Source: Naegleria gruberi (lineage: Eukaryota). From it: a stretch of 64,000 bases of DNA. A program made the position numbers and the translations under genes. Below the pieces are notes generated by a model. It was not told the DNA's origin. It saw nothing but the letters and a program-made list of their open reading frames with translations, and searched no databases. The stretch is taken from the NCBI GenBank assembly GCA_000004985.1, contig GG738886.1. One strand, written 5' to 3'. This document shows positions 11,237 to 22,634 of the stretch, in pieces (positions within the stretch are counted from its first letter, which is position 1; the number at the start of each line of letters is the position of its first letter).

Positions 11237-12726
11237 TTGTTCTCGAACAAGAGAAAACAAAACAATTGGAAGAGAAACATTGATGCAGATTCAGAGTTTG
11301 ATTCATGCGGAAAAAAGAGAAAACAAGATGAAGAATTGTTACCTGATGAAATTATAATTGAAATTGTATCATATCTTTCTAATTTTGAAGGATTCCGATT
11401 CATGTTTGTCAGTAAACAATTTATGAAAGCTTGCCGATTAATTAGAAAATGTTTGATCACTTCTTTGGATTGCACTGCCGAATTATTAAGCCTATTTTGT
11501 GAATCACCATTCGCTGAGCAAATTCACTCCTTGGTGATTGATGTTCCAATCACTTGGGAATTCTTCAATCAAATCAAACTTAATTTTACAAATTTGAAAG
11601 AGTTGAATCTGTACGAAGTAGCATTTCTCGATTTTTCAAATTATTTTGAAAGCAACCATTTAGAATCTTTAATAGTTCGAAACTGTAATAACATTAATCT
11701 CAATTCATTGCATTTATTCAATTTACAACATATAGAATGTCCCCTAAAGTCATCCATGGGGTCGGTAATATCATTCATTCGAATACTTTCAGCTTAAAAA
11801 GCATTACACTGCATGGGAATGGAAATGTGATTAAGGAGGCTCACTTGTTTAAAAATCTTCCAGCATTGGAATATCTTAAACTTGTCAGATTTAACATTCC
11901 AGTTTCACAATTTAAGGAAATATTGAATTGTAAAGGTTTAAAATCACTACATTTACAATTCATTACTAACACGAGTGCCATTCTTTTGGACCAAAAACAT
12001 TCACAGTTGTTCAATTTGCCAACATTAGAAAAATTAGAAAGTTATCGAGTAGATCTTGACCTTATGCAGATTCTTATCCAATCAATGATTGCTCCTCTAT
12101 TGAAATATTTATCAATTGGGGTAAATGGTGTCTTTAATTTTACACTTTCAAAAGCCTTTAGAGAAAATACATCTCTATCAAATATTGAAAACTTGTCTAT
12201 TGAGAATCAGATAGAAAATATGGAAATAATTGAAAAAATTTGTGAAAAAATATCAAAGTTACCCTTAAACAAATTTGCCTTTTCTGGAAATTCACTATGT
12301 TTCTCAAAAATTTCAACATTTAATTTATCAAATTTAGTTCAGTTTCGTTACAATGCATCCGAAAATGTAAAATATTTGAAAATATTCAATTCCCCTCACT
12401 TTGAAAAGTTGGAAATTTTACAAATTAATTTTAACAATTATTCTGTAACAGATGAAGAATTAGAAGACTTTGCCAAATGCACTTCAATGCCAAATCTCAC
12501 CAGACTTGAGTTTAAATATCATAAACGACACCTATCAAAATTTACAGAGATTCTGTCAAATAATCCATGTTTCTGCAAAATTGAAATCAATTACATTTCC
12601 ATTCTCAGATGTGGATGCCAAACTTCTCGTCCAAACATCCAATTATTTGAAAAAGTGTCAAGAGTTATTGTTAGAGAGCAATTTAATTTCTGCTTTTGGC
12701 AGAAAGATGTTGTACGATTCAAATAG
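11237..12726 (+). CDS. F-box/LRR-repeat protein. Two frames need joining by a 32-nt intron (11761-11792) or a frameshift. The 5' end is uncertain because there is no in-frame ATG before the F-box.
   Basis: LPDEIIIEIVSYL F-box core followed by leucine-rich repeats (LxxLxLxxN). ORFs 11237..11797 and 11737..12726 merge if gtcggtaat...ctttcag is removed. Confidence 0.5.
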
Positions 12727-12879
12727 ATTTCCTGTTATTGGGTATTTTAATTTGTAATCTATAAACAATTTATTCTCTCTGTTAAATTAAATTCAAATTT
12801 ATTGTGTTAGTTGAATTGTAAGGAGAAGCTGTGCTTGTGAATTCTCACAAGTTGGATAATCTAATTGCTACTGATGCTG

Positions 12880-14664
12880 TCAATAAGAAGTATAGACAGA
12901 AATGTGTTCAGTTATGAAACATCCCTTCACAAACATTGCTGTTGACAATGGAATGTACAATCCGTCAAATTCCTTCTCCAATCTCTTTTTAATCCATGAA
13001 TCGACTTGATTTCTAGAAACTGAAATAGATGGTCGAATGGTGAAAGGTAATTTCCCCTTACATGAAGAAACTGTGCATGTATGTTTCTCCACAAGATATC
13101 CAATTGACAAAGCTGCCAATTCAATTTCTTCTTCAGATTCCGAGTTTGAATATTGTGAAATTAGTGATTCCACATTATTATTTTGTTCAATGAGATTCCT
13201 TAATATTTCAGGAGAAACACCTTTGAATTTGTTTACCAAGTTTGGGTTTCGTTCAGCCAACTTGAGCATAAATTCTTCATCATTCAAGAATGGAGATAAA
13301 TTAATGTTTGGTTCCTTCTCACAGGAAACATACTTTAAAATTAATTCCTTATCAGTTCCCAATCTTCGGCTCAAATACTTGAACATTTCAGGATACTGAT
13401 CTAAATATTTCATGACAAATTCCTTGTCATCTTTCAATCTGTCAGAAGCATAACAAAACAGCTCTGGAACCTTAGATAATACAAATGACATAACCTCTTC
13501 ATCATCTAAAAATTGCAATCTTGTTGAACTAATACATTCAGGATGATATTTCAAACATTTCAAAACAAATTCCTTATTTTCCCTAAGATATTTAGGTGCC
13601 AAATAGATTGCACTCTTAAATCTCGACAATAAATCCCAATCTTCTTCCCTACTATTTTCTAATGGATCCAATTCAATATACTCCAAATTTCCCTCCATAT
13701 ATTTGATCCATTTCACTTCCTTGTCAGTGAACATTAAATATTCAGGAATGAATTGAATTAGTCTTGCATCTTTCTTGATTAATTCACGTAAGAATTCCTC
13801 ATCTGATTTAAGATGTTTTGGAAGGTATTTAAATAGCTCTGGATATCCATTCAAAATCAAATTGACTCTATCTTCTGCGGAATAGTCAATTAGCTCATTG
13901 TTTCCTAAAATTCTCTCAATCATTGAAACAGTTGCATATTGAAGGAGATTCTTATCTTGTGAAATGGCTTTCAACACAATTTCTTCATCATTTCTAAACT
14001 CAATATTTGCAAATTTCAAGGCATTTGGATTACATTCAATTGCCAATAATGTCAATTCCCTGTCACCATTCATACACAAACTAATATTCTTGCTTAATAT
14101 TTCAATAACTAGCTCTCTATCGACTTCTTTCCAATTGACAAATTTGAGAATTTCTGGATTCAATTTTACGAAATAATTCACCAAATTTTCAGGAAAAATG
14201 TCTGAATTTTCTTTTAATTTCAGATCTGCATTTCCATATTTGAAATTAAACGAAACTGGTTCATCTTTTGGGAATAATTTTGGGAAAATTTGATGATTTG
14301 CCTTGATTGCCTTCACAATAAAGTTTGGATCTTGTCTCATCTTGTCAGGAATGTCAATTTTAATGCCAAATAAATGTTCCCTCGCTATTAGAAAGTACAA
14401 AATAAAGTCTTGATCATTTAAAATTGATAAATTTCGCAATAGATGGGGATATTTAACAAGAATGTGGCAGTCTCGATAATATTCTAATGGAATGTATCGT
14501 GGTTGATTCTTTAATATTTCGTCTCGTTTCGAACAATATTTTAGAAAGGATTTTCTTTGATTTTTGAATTTTGAGAAAAGAAGATTTGATTTGATATTAA
14601 AATCCAAATTGATCATCACACCAGATTCATCGTGTGTGAGATTATCAATATTATTTTCTTGCAT
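12880..14664 (-). CDS. DUF4116-repeat protein.
   Basis: Tandem roughly 35-aa repeats of the form D[ED]EF[VL]LK.L..P.....A...L+.D+EF (for example ELFCYASDRLKDDKEFVMKYLDQYPEMFKYL), matching the DUF4116 consensus. First ATG at 14664 (MQENNID...). Confidence 0.6.
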   Translation of the reverse strand: MQENNIDNLTHDESGVMINLDFNIKSNLLFSKFKNQRKSFLKYCSKRDEILKNQPRYIPLEYYRDCHILVKYPHLLRNLSILNDQDFILYFLIAREHLFGIKIDIPDKMRQDPNFIVKAIKANHQIFPKLFPKDEPVSFNFKYGNADLKLKENSDIFPENLVNYFVKLNPEILKFVNWKEVDRELVIEILSKNISLCMNGDRELTLLAIECNPNALKFANIEFRNDEEIVLKAISQDKNLLQYATVSMIERILGNNELIDYSAEDRVNLILNGYPELFKYLPKHLKSDEEFLRELIKKDARLIQFIPEYLMFTDKEVKWIKYMEGNLEYIELDPLENSREEDWDLLSRFKSAIYLAPKYLRENKEFVLKCLKYHPECISSTRLQFLDDEEVMSFVLSKVPELFCYASDRLKDDKEFVMKYLDQYPEMFKYLSRRLGTDKELILKYVSCEKEPNINLSPFLNDEEFMLKLAERNPNLVNKFKGVSPEILRNLIEQNNNVESLISQYSNSESEEEIELAALSIGYLVEKHTCTVSSCKGKLPFTIRPSISVSRNQVDSWIKKRLEKEFDGLYIPLSTAMFVKGCFITEHISVYTSY

Positions 14665-14874
14665 TTTTTTACAATTTAAAAGCAAATTTCAAAAATATTA
14701 ACTGTTATTCGTTAATTTTAGAAAGTTTATTTTGAAATTTACTAAAACGAATTCACCATAGAACAAGATTTAGAAACATCTCTATTCCATCTATTTTCCA
14801 TTTTCAAAATTTTCATTATTCGAATTGTTTCTGATATTATTTGTGGAATTTTGAAAAGTTGACAAGTTTAAAAA

Positions 14875-15784
14875 ATGTCTGAAAAACAAGTTAGAGTGCA
14901 ACTGGTCGATTTTAACATTCCGAAAGGATCATCATGTGAATCCTTTCGAATATTTGAAAAGAAAGTTAAGAATTCATCTAATTAACTCATTTTCTTGCTC
15001 TTTCGATCCAGTTGCTTCTCTAGAACGGAAAAAGGGAATGTCCTGTATACAAATCGATAGGAATTATAATCTTTTAATGATATCAAACCAACAAACTTTA
15101 TTATTTTACGAGTTGGAAACTAGACGAAAGTTATTCGATTGTCAATTTAAAAAAATTATTTATTATTTCAAAATACTTGATGGAGATTTATTTATATGTA
15201 GTTGTGAAAGAAATGCTACATCATTCCGAATTGAAAGATATAATTTTAAACTAATTTTGAAAACTAGAAAATATTGGAAATGTTTCGTTTGGGAAAGTCG
15301 ACATTTTGGACAATTTTCTGGATTCGATCTTGGACCAGATCACTTAATTTATTTGTGTGATCTCAAAACGAACAAAATAGCCACTTTAAAATACGAAACT
15401 GGCCAAGAAATAGTTTCGTTATCAGGCACAGTTTCATATTGTTCGAATCTCACTTTTTCTCCCAATGGAGATTTGTATGTTTCTGGTTTTCTAGTATTGC
15501 ACCATTTAATTAGAAATCACAACAATTTATGGCTAAGCAAGAATCAAATTGCAATTTCAATGTTAGGGAACTTTCGAATATCTTATCCTGAAGTTATTTT
15601 CTTTGAAAAATCAAGTGAGAGAATTTACCTATCCGATAGAGAAAGAATAGTTCTAATTTTTGATAAGAATATGAAAAAAATCAATTCGAAACTTGTTGGT
15701 AGTGACATTATTGGATTAACAATTGATGAAAGAACTGGATATTGTTATGTTGCTACTGGGAAACGATTGTTTATTTACAAATGA
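14875..15784 (+). CDS. Hypothetical protein, possibly beta-propeller or NHL-like. Model join(14875..14935,15012..15784).
   Basis: The ATG 14875 exon (MSEKQVRVQLVDFNIPKGSS) joins ORF 14936..15784 in frame (phase 1) across a 76-nt intron gtgaat...gatccag. No motif identified. Confidence 0.4.
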
Positions 15785-16025
15785 GATAAATTTCATTCAA
15801 TTATTGATTTTTAATTTTGAATGTTGAAATAATCTTGTTTGGATTAATGTCACATGTCAATTTGTAATAAACCATTTGATTTTTTGATTGAAATGTCATG
15901 GTATACTGGCTGTGAAAGGATGACGTTGAAATCCAGCTCATCAATAAATTACATTCAATAAATTTTTATTCGAAACTAAATTCTAATCTACATATATAGT
16001 CAACAAACACAATGAAATCATTATT

Positions 16026-16918
16026 TTACAACAATTCACACTTTCCAGAAGCTGGTTTCTTCTCAGGTTCAGTTTGTTTAAACAAGAATGCTCGAATAGC
16101 CTCATCAAAAACTCCCTTCACACCTTGTTGAGTTTTTGCGGAACATTCGGCATATTTCAAAGCCTTGATTTCCTGTTTCAATTTCTCGCCTTGTTCAGCG
16201 CTCAATGGTTGTTTGCCCTTTTCACGCAACTTTTGAACGGTCGATTCATTTTCACGCAAATCGACTTGAGTACCCACCAAAATGATTGGAACATTCTTGC
16301 AGTGGTGCGAGACTTCTGGGTACCACTTCAAACGGACATTGTCGTAACTGGCTGGATTAACAACGGAGAAGCAAATTAAAAAGACGGAGGTACCTGGATA
16401 GGAGAGTGGACGCAATCGATCATATCTGTGTTGTTGTGCGTTGTGTGTATTGATATTAATATAGGGTGGTGAGTTGGAATATTTTTGTTGGATTTGATGG
16501 TGGTATGGTTTTCGATATTATTATGTATTTGATTCAATATTTTAAATAAATAATATTTTTTTGTTGTTGATGATGGAAATTTGTTTCATCACGTGAAGAA
16601 ATATTTGTATTATTATTATAATGTGAAAGTTAATGTTCGAAACTAGAATAAATTAAATAGAAACTCACTCTTCTTGACCAGCTGTATCCCACAAACCCAA
16701 GTTGATAGTCTTACCATCAACCATAACGTTAGCAGAGTAGTTATCAAAGACAGTTGGAACGTATCTATTAGAAACTTGTTAATAAACTATAATTTTCTAT
16801 TCGAAACCTACTCTTCAGGGAAGTGATTCTTAGCATAGACGTACAAGAGACATGTCTTACCGACAGCACCATCACCAACGATAACGCATTTAATATGTTG
16901 AACGGTTGTCTTGCTCAT
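16026..16918 (-). CDS. Rac/Rho-family small GTPase, complement(join(16026..16425,16669..16764,16812..16918)).
   Basis: Spliced protein [25 protein letters not shown]...[46 protein letters not shown]...[18 protein letters not shown]...CELL. Motifs G1 GDGAVGKT, G3 DTAGQE, TQVD and SAK are present, with a C-terminal CaaX. Introns are 47 nt (gtaggt..ctaatag) and 243 nt (gtgagt..acacag), and the phases check. Confidence 0.85.
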
Positions 16919-18171
16919 TGTATTGTTGGAGTGTTGACAATTTTTTTTTTAAAGTTTTAAATGTGACAAGTGAATGACAGCTTGACAGAGGGCATGACTA
17001 AGGATCCCTTAACGGTGAACTGTGAAGAATGACTTGATGAACACAGAAATTGAGAATTTAAATGTAAATTGAGGTAACGTATTTTTGTTTGAGGTTTTTA
17101 AATTGATGCCTGAAAGGTGGCAGCAGTTAATTTTCAACAATGGCACAGAAGAGAAGAAAAAGGATATTGGTGCTCTTCTCTTATTCATCATCTAGATTCC
17201 CAATTGGTGTTTAGATAACCAATAGGAAGCTAGAACATGAATTACATTCGTGAAGGGAGAAGGAGGAACTCTGAAAAAGTGTTGGACCTTTCAAATTGAT
17301 TGTGTTGATTCATCAGGAGCGAAGATTGTGTTGGAAAATAAAGAGCAATTCAAGAATAAGATTTGGGTTTTGGTGTTTTGTTGATTATTTCACAAGTTGT
17401 TGCAATTTGATCATCGACAGTAAGTAATGTATAAAATGGATTGAAATAGAACATGATCATTGCTGACTAACTTCCTTTTAATGTTCTTGATATATTTCAA
17501 TAGTTCAATGTTCTTGATCATGATTCGTTACCTCAAATTCAAAATCGCTGTACCCTTTGGCGCCAAAATGAATTGTTAAACCTAAGGTAACTTTTACGAA
17601 CACTAAAAACAATTCAAAAAAAATATATTAATCATGAAGTTGATGAAGGAAGTAATGTTTCCTTACAACAACACATGGTATAATTATAAGCCTATTTAAT
17701 CCTTAATCAAATTCTTCCTAAGGTAATATTCCTTATTCTTACTTGGCAATTAACTAATTGGAAATTGAACGAGGTAAAAACACCGATCTTAACATTTTCA
17801 TATTTCTCAATAATATTAAGAATTATTTAAAATTACATTAAAGATGAATTAAATACAAATAGTACAATACAATCATCAAAAAAGTATAACAATATGGAAT
17901 ATTGCATCTATTGGACCTCAATATACAATAACCAAATATTGAAACGACAAATTAAAACATTGCCCTACTCAACATCCTGATTTGATCTCCCTTATGCAAT
18001 TTCTTCCTTATTTATTCTTCATGTTATTATTTTACGGACCTTAAAAAAACACCACAACAACCTAGTACAGACATTGTCAATAGACTTTGTTAATGAGGAG
18101 CATACTAACATCAACAATTTAGCGATAAATTCCAATGAACAAACATAGTACCAAATATTAATAATGAAATA

Positions 18172-20097
18172 ATGGGCTCTAGCACATCCATCACTCACAC
18201 CAATCCATCCTTAATGGTGGTGAGGAAACATAAAAGACATTCAGCTCATCATTATGAAAAACACTCTCAACAACAAGAACATTACTCTGGGAATGTTACA
18301 CAGTCCTTGAATTTATCCAATCCTTCAACTAGTTGTTCTTCACCACAACATTCGAAATATGTCCACAACAGTGTTGATGAGCTTGTCTTTTCAACGAATA
18401 AGCCACCCCTTCAGCTGAATAATACCCAACAATTAAATACCCATAGACTTCAGCATGAGGATGATAATTATCATTCTTCGCCCAATTATAATTTGCAACA
18501 CATTAATCATTCACAGCAATCACAAATTGCTTCACCGACTAGTAGTAGAGTGATGCTTAATTCACCACCAACTCCCACCACCAACAAGAAAACACTCCTA
18601 ACAACTTCTATTGATGATTGTTTGCCTGATGCAGACCTAACCAGAAGAGGGCACGTTGTGTTGCCTCAAATTCAAGCAACAGCAACATCACCACAACCAC
18701 CTTTAAAAATTCAAAGAGAGAATTCTATACCCACTAATAGTAAGGATTCGAATTCGCCGAAATTAACAACCTCCTTATCGAATGAAACATTCTATTCAGA
18801 GAACCACAGTGAAATAAGTCCCCCTGATCCATTTCAGTCTTCACAAAAGGGAGCTCCCTCCAAACTTTCCTCAACCAATTCTAATCAACAAGAAAAAGAT
18901 TCTTCACCACCTAGTAAGGAAACCTTTACTCCAGTAGTTGCTTTTAGTCCAACCGTTACTGATATTGAAGATGATTCAAAGGCAATTTACATGCATCCAT
19001 ATCATGGAAGCTTACCTCCCCGTAGTCCAAGCAATTCAACATGCTCTTCAAAGACCTCTTCAAGCAATTGCAGCGCTTTTTCATCTCCTAAAGAGAAGAT
19101 AACATCCCCTTCTCATTCATCATCGTACAATACCACATCAGCTACATACTCATCTTCACCATCACCATCATCAACAACATCAGGAGTTGCAACTAGCTCT
19201 TCTCCAACTACACTCATCCAACCATCATCAACAACATCTGTTAATGCATCTAACACAACACCAGAAACTATAACATCCACACCAATAATCTCAAAAGAAA
19301 CACCCAAACCAACCATTGAGATCAGTAAAATATCGAATGCTGCCCCGACTACGTCTTCGCCAATTTCTAAAGATAAATTAAAGAGAGCTAGACCTCTTTC
19401 TGCAACCAAAAATCCACTGGTTCAATCTCTTACATTGGAAAAATTTAAAGACGATTTAGCTATTGGAAGAAAATCCAAATCAAATATCATTTCAGATAAT
19501 TCAGTCAAGGTAGCATACAGCTCTTCACTAACTAGATCAGTGGAAGAACCATTTAAATTCACAAATCCTATAAAAACAAAGAACAGATCAACTAGTGTCA
19601 ACTCGAGAAGTGTTGCACTGTCTCCAAAGAAGAGTTCAAAATTGTATGATGAAGATGACATGGTAATGATGGACACACCACCGGCCATGTTCAATAGATT
19701 TGAATTACAAAAACAATTAATGAATACCGATCAAAAGAGTAAGGAAATGAAGATTGATTTGAGGAGTAGTGTCACTCTTGATAATCACCGAGACGTGTTG
19801 TCAATGTTTTCTCACAAACATCAACAAAAGGATAAAGGAGGTGTTTCATCTCCAATTACCTCTCCAACTAGACACCATTCTCCTTTGAATTCTAGTAATG
19901 ACGATTTTGAAAATATTGGCAATGAAGAGATTCGAATCTTCGTCACACCACCAACATTCCTTCCAGACTTGAGCCATTTAAATTTGACTCATTTACAATT
20001 GAGAATGTTATCGAATGAAAGATCGCAAAAGAGAAAAATGGCAAGATCCAACAAGAGAGAAAGTACCTTTAGTTTGAATGGAATAAAGTTTGATTAA
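18172..20097 (+). CDS. Ser/Thr/Pro-rich low-complexity protein; MGSSTS N-terminus could be myristoylated.
   Basis: Uninterrupted 641-aa ORF from ATG 18172. Mucin-like STP tracts. No enzymatic motif. Confidence 0.5.
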   Translation: MGSSTSITHTNPSLMVVRKHKRHSAHHYEKHSQQQEHYSGNVTQSLNLSNPSTSCSSPQHSKYVHNSVDELVFSTNKPPLQLNNTQQLNTHRLQHEDDNYHSSPNYNLQHINHSQQSQIASPTSSRVMLNSPPTPTTNKKTLLTTSIDDCLPDADLTRRGHVVLPQIQATATSPQPPLKIQRENSIPTNSKDSNSPKLTTSLSNETFYSENHSEISPPDPFQSSQKGAPSKLSSTNSNQQEKDSSPPSKETFTPVVAFSPTVTDIEDDSKAIYMHPYHGSLPPRSPSNSTCSSKTSSSNCSAFSSPKEKITSPSHSSSYNTTSATYSSSPSPSSTTSGVATSSSPTTLIQPSSTTSVNASNTTPETITSTPIISKETPKPTIEISKISNAAPTTSSPISKDKLKRARPLSATKNPLVQSLTLEKFKDDLAIGRKSKSNIISDNSVKVAYSSSLTRSVEEPFKFTNPIKTKNRSTSVNSRSVALSPKKSSKLYDEDDMVMMDTPPAMFNRFELQKQLMNTDQKSKEMKIDLRSSVTLDNHRDVLSMFSHKHQQKDKGGVSSPITSPTRHHSPLNSSNDDFENIGNEEIRIFVTPPTFLPDLSHLNLTHLQLRMLSNERSQKRKMARSNKRESTFSLNGIKFD

Positions 20098-20184
20098 ATG
20101 ATGATTGTCTGACTTGGGAAAAAATCATTAGCCTTCAAGGGGTTTATTTAATAACAACACATGAATATTGATGATTAATGTGTA

Positions 20185-20257
20185 GGGGTCTTGGCGCAGT
20201 CGGTAGCGCGTAGGTCTCATAATCCTAAGGTCGTGAGTTCGATCCTCACAGACCCCA
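20185..20257 (+). tRNA. tRNA-Met (anticodon CAU), elongator type.
   Basis: The 73-nt GGGGTCTTGGCGCAGTCGGTAGCGCGTAGGTCTCATAATCCTAAGGTCGTGAGTTCGATCCTCACAGACCCCA folds as a cloverleaf. Acceptor stem GGGGTCT/AGACCCC, anticodon loop CTCATAA, T-arm GGTCGTGAGTTCGATCCTCAC. The T-run at 20260-20265 is a Pol III terminator. Confidence 0.85.
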
Positions 20258-20259
20258 AC

Positions 20260-20265
20260 TTTTTT
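20260..20265 (+). terminator. Oligo-T RNA polymerase III terminator downstream of tRNA-Met.
   Basis: TTTTTT lies 3 nt after the tRNA 3' end. Confidence 0.4.
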
Positions 20266-20282
20266 CATTTGAGTTAAATTAT

Positions 20283-20561
20283 TTATAATTTTTTAATTTT
20301 AGATCCCATGTCATCTAATTGTTTGTTTGCATGGTTCAATCTTTCCGATTGTCCTTTCAATCTAGAAGCCGATTGACTTCCAACATCAATCATTTCATTA
20401 CTCATTGCAATCATATTGTCCAACATTTGATTATTCTTATTGTAAACATTTAATATTTCGTCCAGTTTATCCATTTGTTCCTTGGAAACAACACCTTCTT
20501 TTTTCGAATCAGAATTGGTTTTTGATTTGTTGGCACTGGTGGATGCAGACTTTTGAGACAT
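20283..20561 (-). CDS. Small coiled-coil protein with a Q-SNARE-like motif and no transmembrane anchor.
   Basis: 92 aa. The segment EMIDVGSQSASRLKGQSERLNHANKQLDDMGSKI resembles the Qb/Qc SNARE heptad pattern (..IDMG.EI..QN..LD..). There is no C-terminal TM and no further exon before the convergent tRNA. Confidence 0.35.
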   Translation of the reverse strand: MSQKSASTSANKSKTNSDSKKEGVVSKEQMDKLDEILNVYNKNNQMLDNMIAMSNEMIDVGSQSASRLKGQSERLNHANKQLDDMGSKIKKL

Positions 20562-20738
20562 TTTTTTTAAATCTATAAATAAACAAGCTCACGTTTCAAA
20601 AATCTAATTACTAGTATTCTTCAGTCAATTCCCTATTCTAAACCAATAAGGATAACCAGGATTCATCAATATCTTCATTCCAATTACCATTCGGAAATCA
20701 ACAGCTTGCAATAAATTGTTGAATTTATTCCTCAACTC

Positions 20739-22384
20739 TTGAAAAAAATGATTCAACGTGAAAGTGAACAAGATTTTGCAATTTCTTCATCATTGACAAC
20801 AACAACAACAGGAAAAAGACTACTATTGAACCATACAACAGATGCATCAACATTAATTAATTCTGATGATTCGGAAGGTGTTTGTTGTGATGTTTCCGAG
20901 TCTTTTATGGAAAATGAAGAAGAATTTAGTTGCATGAAAGAGGAGGAGGATGAAGAATTTGCTTGGGATAAACAAGTTGATGAAGAAATTGAAGTGGAGA
21001 AGGAGGAGAAGGGAAAGTTGGGATATTATGATTTTTGGAGGTCGATTGGTTCTCCGAAATATGTGGTGGCTCCGATGGTGGATCAGAGTGAAATGGGTAT
21101 GTTTTGATGATGGAGTTTTTTGTGTAATTATTTAACAAATTGATTGGAATTGGGTGTGAAATTGGTGGAATTGACGTTGAATTGTGGAATTTTGAATGGA
21201 AATTGATGGAAATTTGATGGAATTAATAACAATTTGATTGAATTTGATTGGAAATTAATGAAAATTGTGGAAATTCTGTGTAAATTTGTGTAAATTTTAT
21301 AGCATTTCGATTGTTATCAAAGGAATATGGAGCTACACTTGCCTATACACCCATGTTTCATGGCATGTATTTTGCATACCATAAGAAATATAGAGCTAGA
21401 TTTTATCAATTTAATCCTGATTTGGAAGGACCAGTTTTTGCTCAATTCTGCACTAATGATCCAGAGACTTTTGTTCAATGTGGAAAACGTGTTTGGGATT
21501 TGAGTAAACAGAAAATTAGCGCCATAGATTTGAATTTGGGGTGAGTATTCAATGAATTTCAATGGAATTTTACCAAAAATGTAATTAATATTTTGGATTT
21601 TAATGAAATATTCGAAAGATGTCCACAAAGAATTGCCAGAAGAGGAAGATACGGATCATTCCTTATGGAAGATTTACAAACTGTTCATTCAATCATCAAC
21701 AAGGCCCATTTGGAATTACCAATGCCAGTCACTGCAAAAATTAGAATTTTCGAAGATTTGGAATTGACCATGAATTATGTCAAGACAGTAGTTGATGCTG
21801 GTGCTCAGGTGTTATGTGTTCACGGAAGGACAAGAGAACAGAAAGGAGCCAATCAAAATTATGCTGATTGGACTGTCATTCGAGCCATCAGAGAACAATT
21901 TCCACAAATTCCAATGATTGCCAATGGAAATATTCGTACATTCCAGGACGTGCAAGATTGTCTGGAATATACTCGAGTGGATGCAGTCATGAGTGGTGAA
22001 GGCCTCTTAGAAAATCCAGCTCTATTCAATGGAGGTCAATTCGTCCATCCACTCGACATTTCAGACAAGTATGTCAATATTTGTAAAACTCATTTCCCAC
22101 CAGATCACAACAATATTAAGAGACATTTATTTAGAATTTTGGATAAATACATCCCAGAAGATAGAAGTGACCTAAGAGGCATACTAGGAAAGGCCTCACT
22201 ATGGGAACATTACAGAGAATTTGTGGATTATGCAAGGAAAATTGAAAATGAATTTGATTTTAAGGAATTGGAATTTGAACCATCGATTTGTGTAGTGACA
22301 GATCCAGAAAATCATCCAATTGTGAAGAAACCATTGAGAAAGAAGGATGTTGAGACGGATAGTGGAGCTGCTGATGAGGAATAA
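20739..22384 (+). CDS. tRNA-dihydrouridine synthase (Dus1-like), join(20739..21096,21303..21540,21619..22384).
   Basis: [31 protein letters not shown]...IDLNLGCPQRIA...PVTAKIRI...HGRTREQ...IANGNI match the Dus family, including the catalytic Cys in LNLGCPQ and the Lys in AKIR. Introns are 206 nt (phase 1) and 78 nt (phase 2), both GT..AG. Confidence 0.8.
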
Positions 22385-22634
22385 TGGATAAATTTGTGAA
22401 TTTTTTTTATTAGAAAGGGATTTTTTCTGGAAAATCTTTCTTTTCTTTTTCATTATTTAAATTGGTTTTGTATCCATGATTAATATCAGATAATTGTTTA
22501 ACCAATATTTTAGTTTTTGCAATTCCATTTTGTTTTGGATAAAATAAGGAACTTGAAGAAACTTTATTGAAGGAGATTAATGTTGATTTCAACTGTTTTT
22601 CTTTTATTTGAATCTTGAATTCTAGTGTTGTGAT

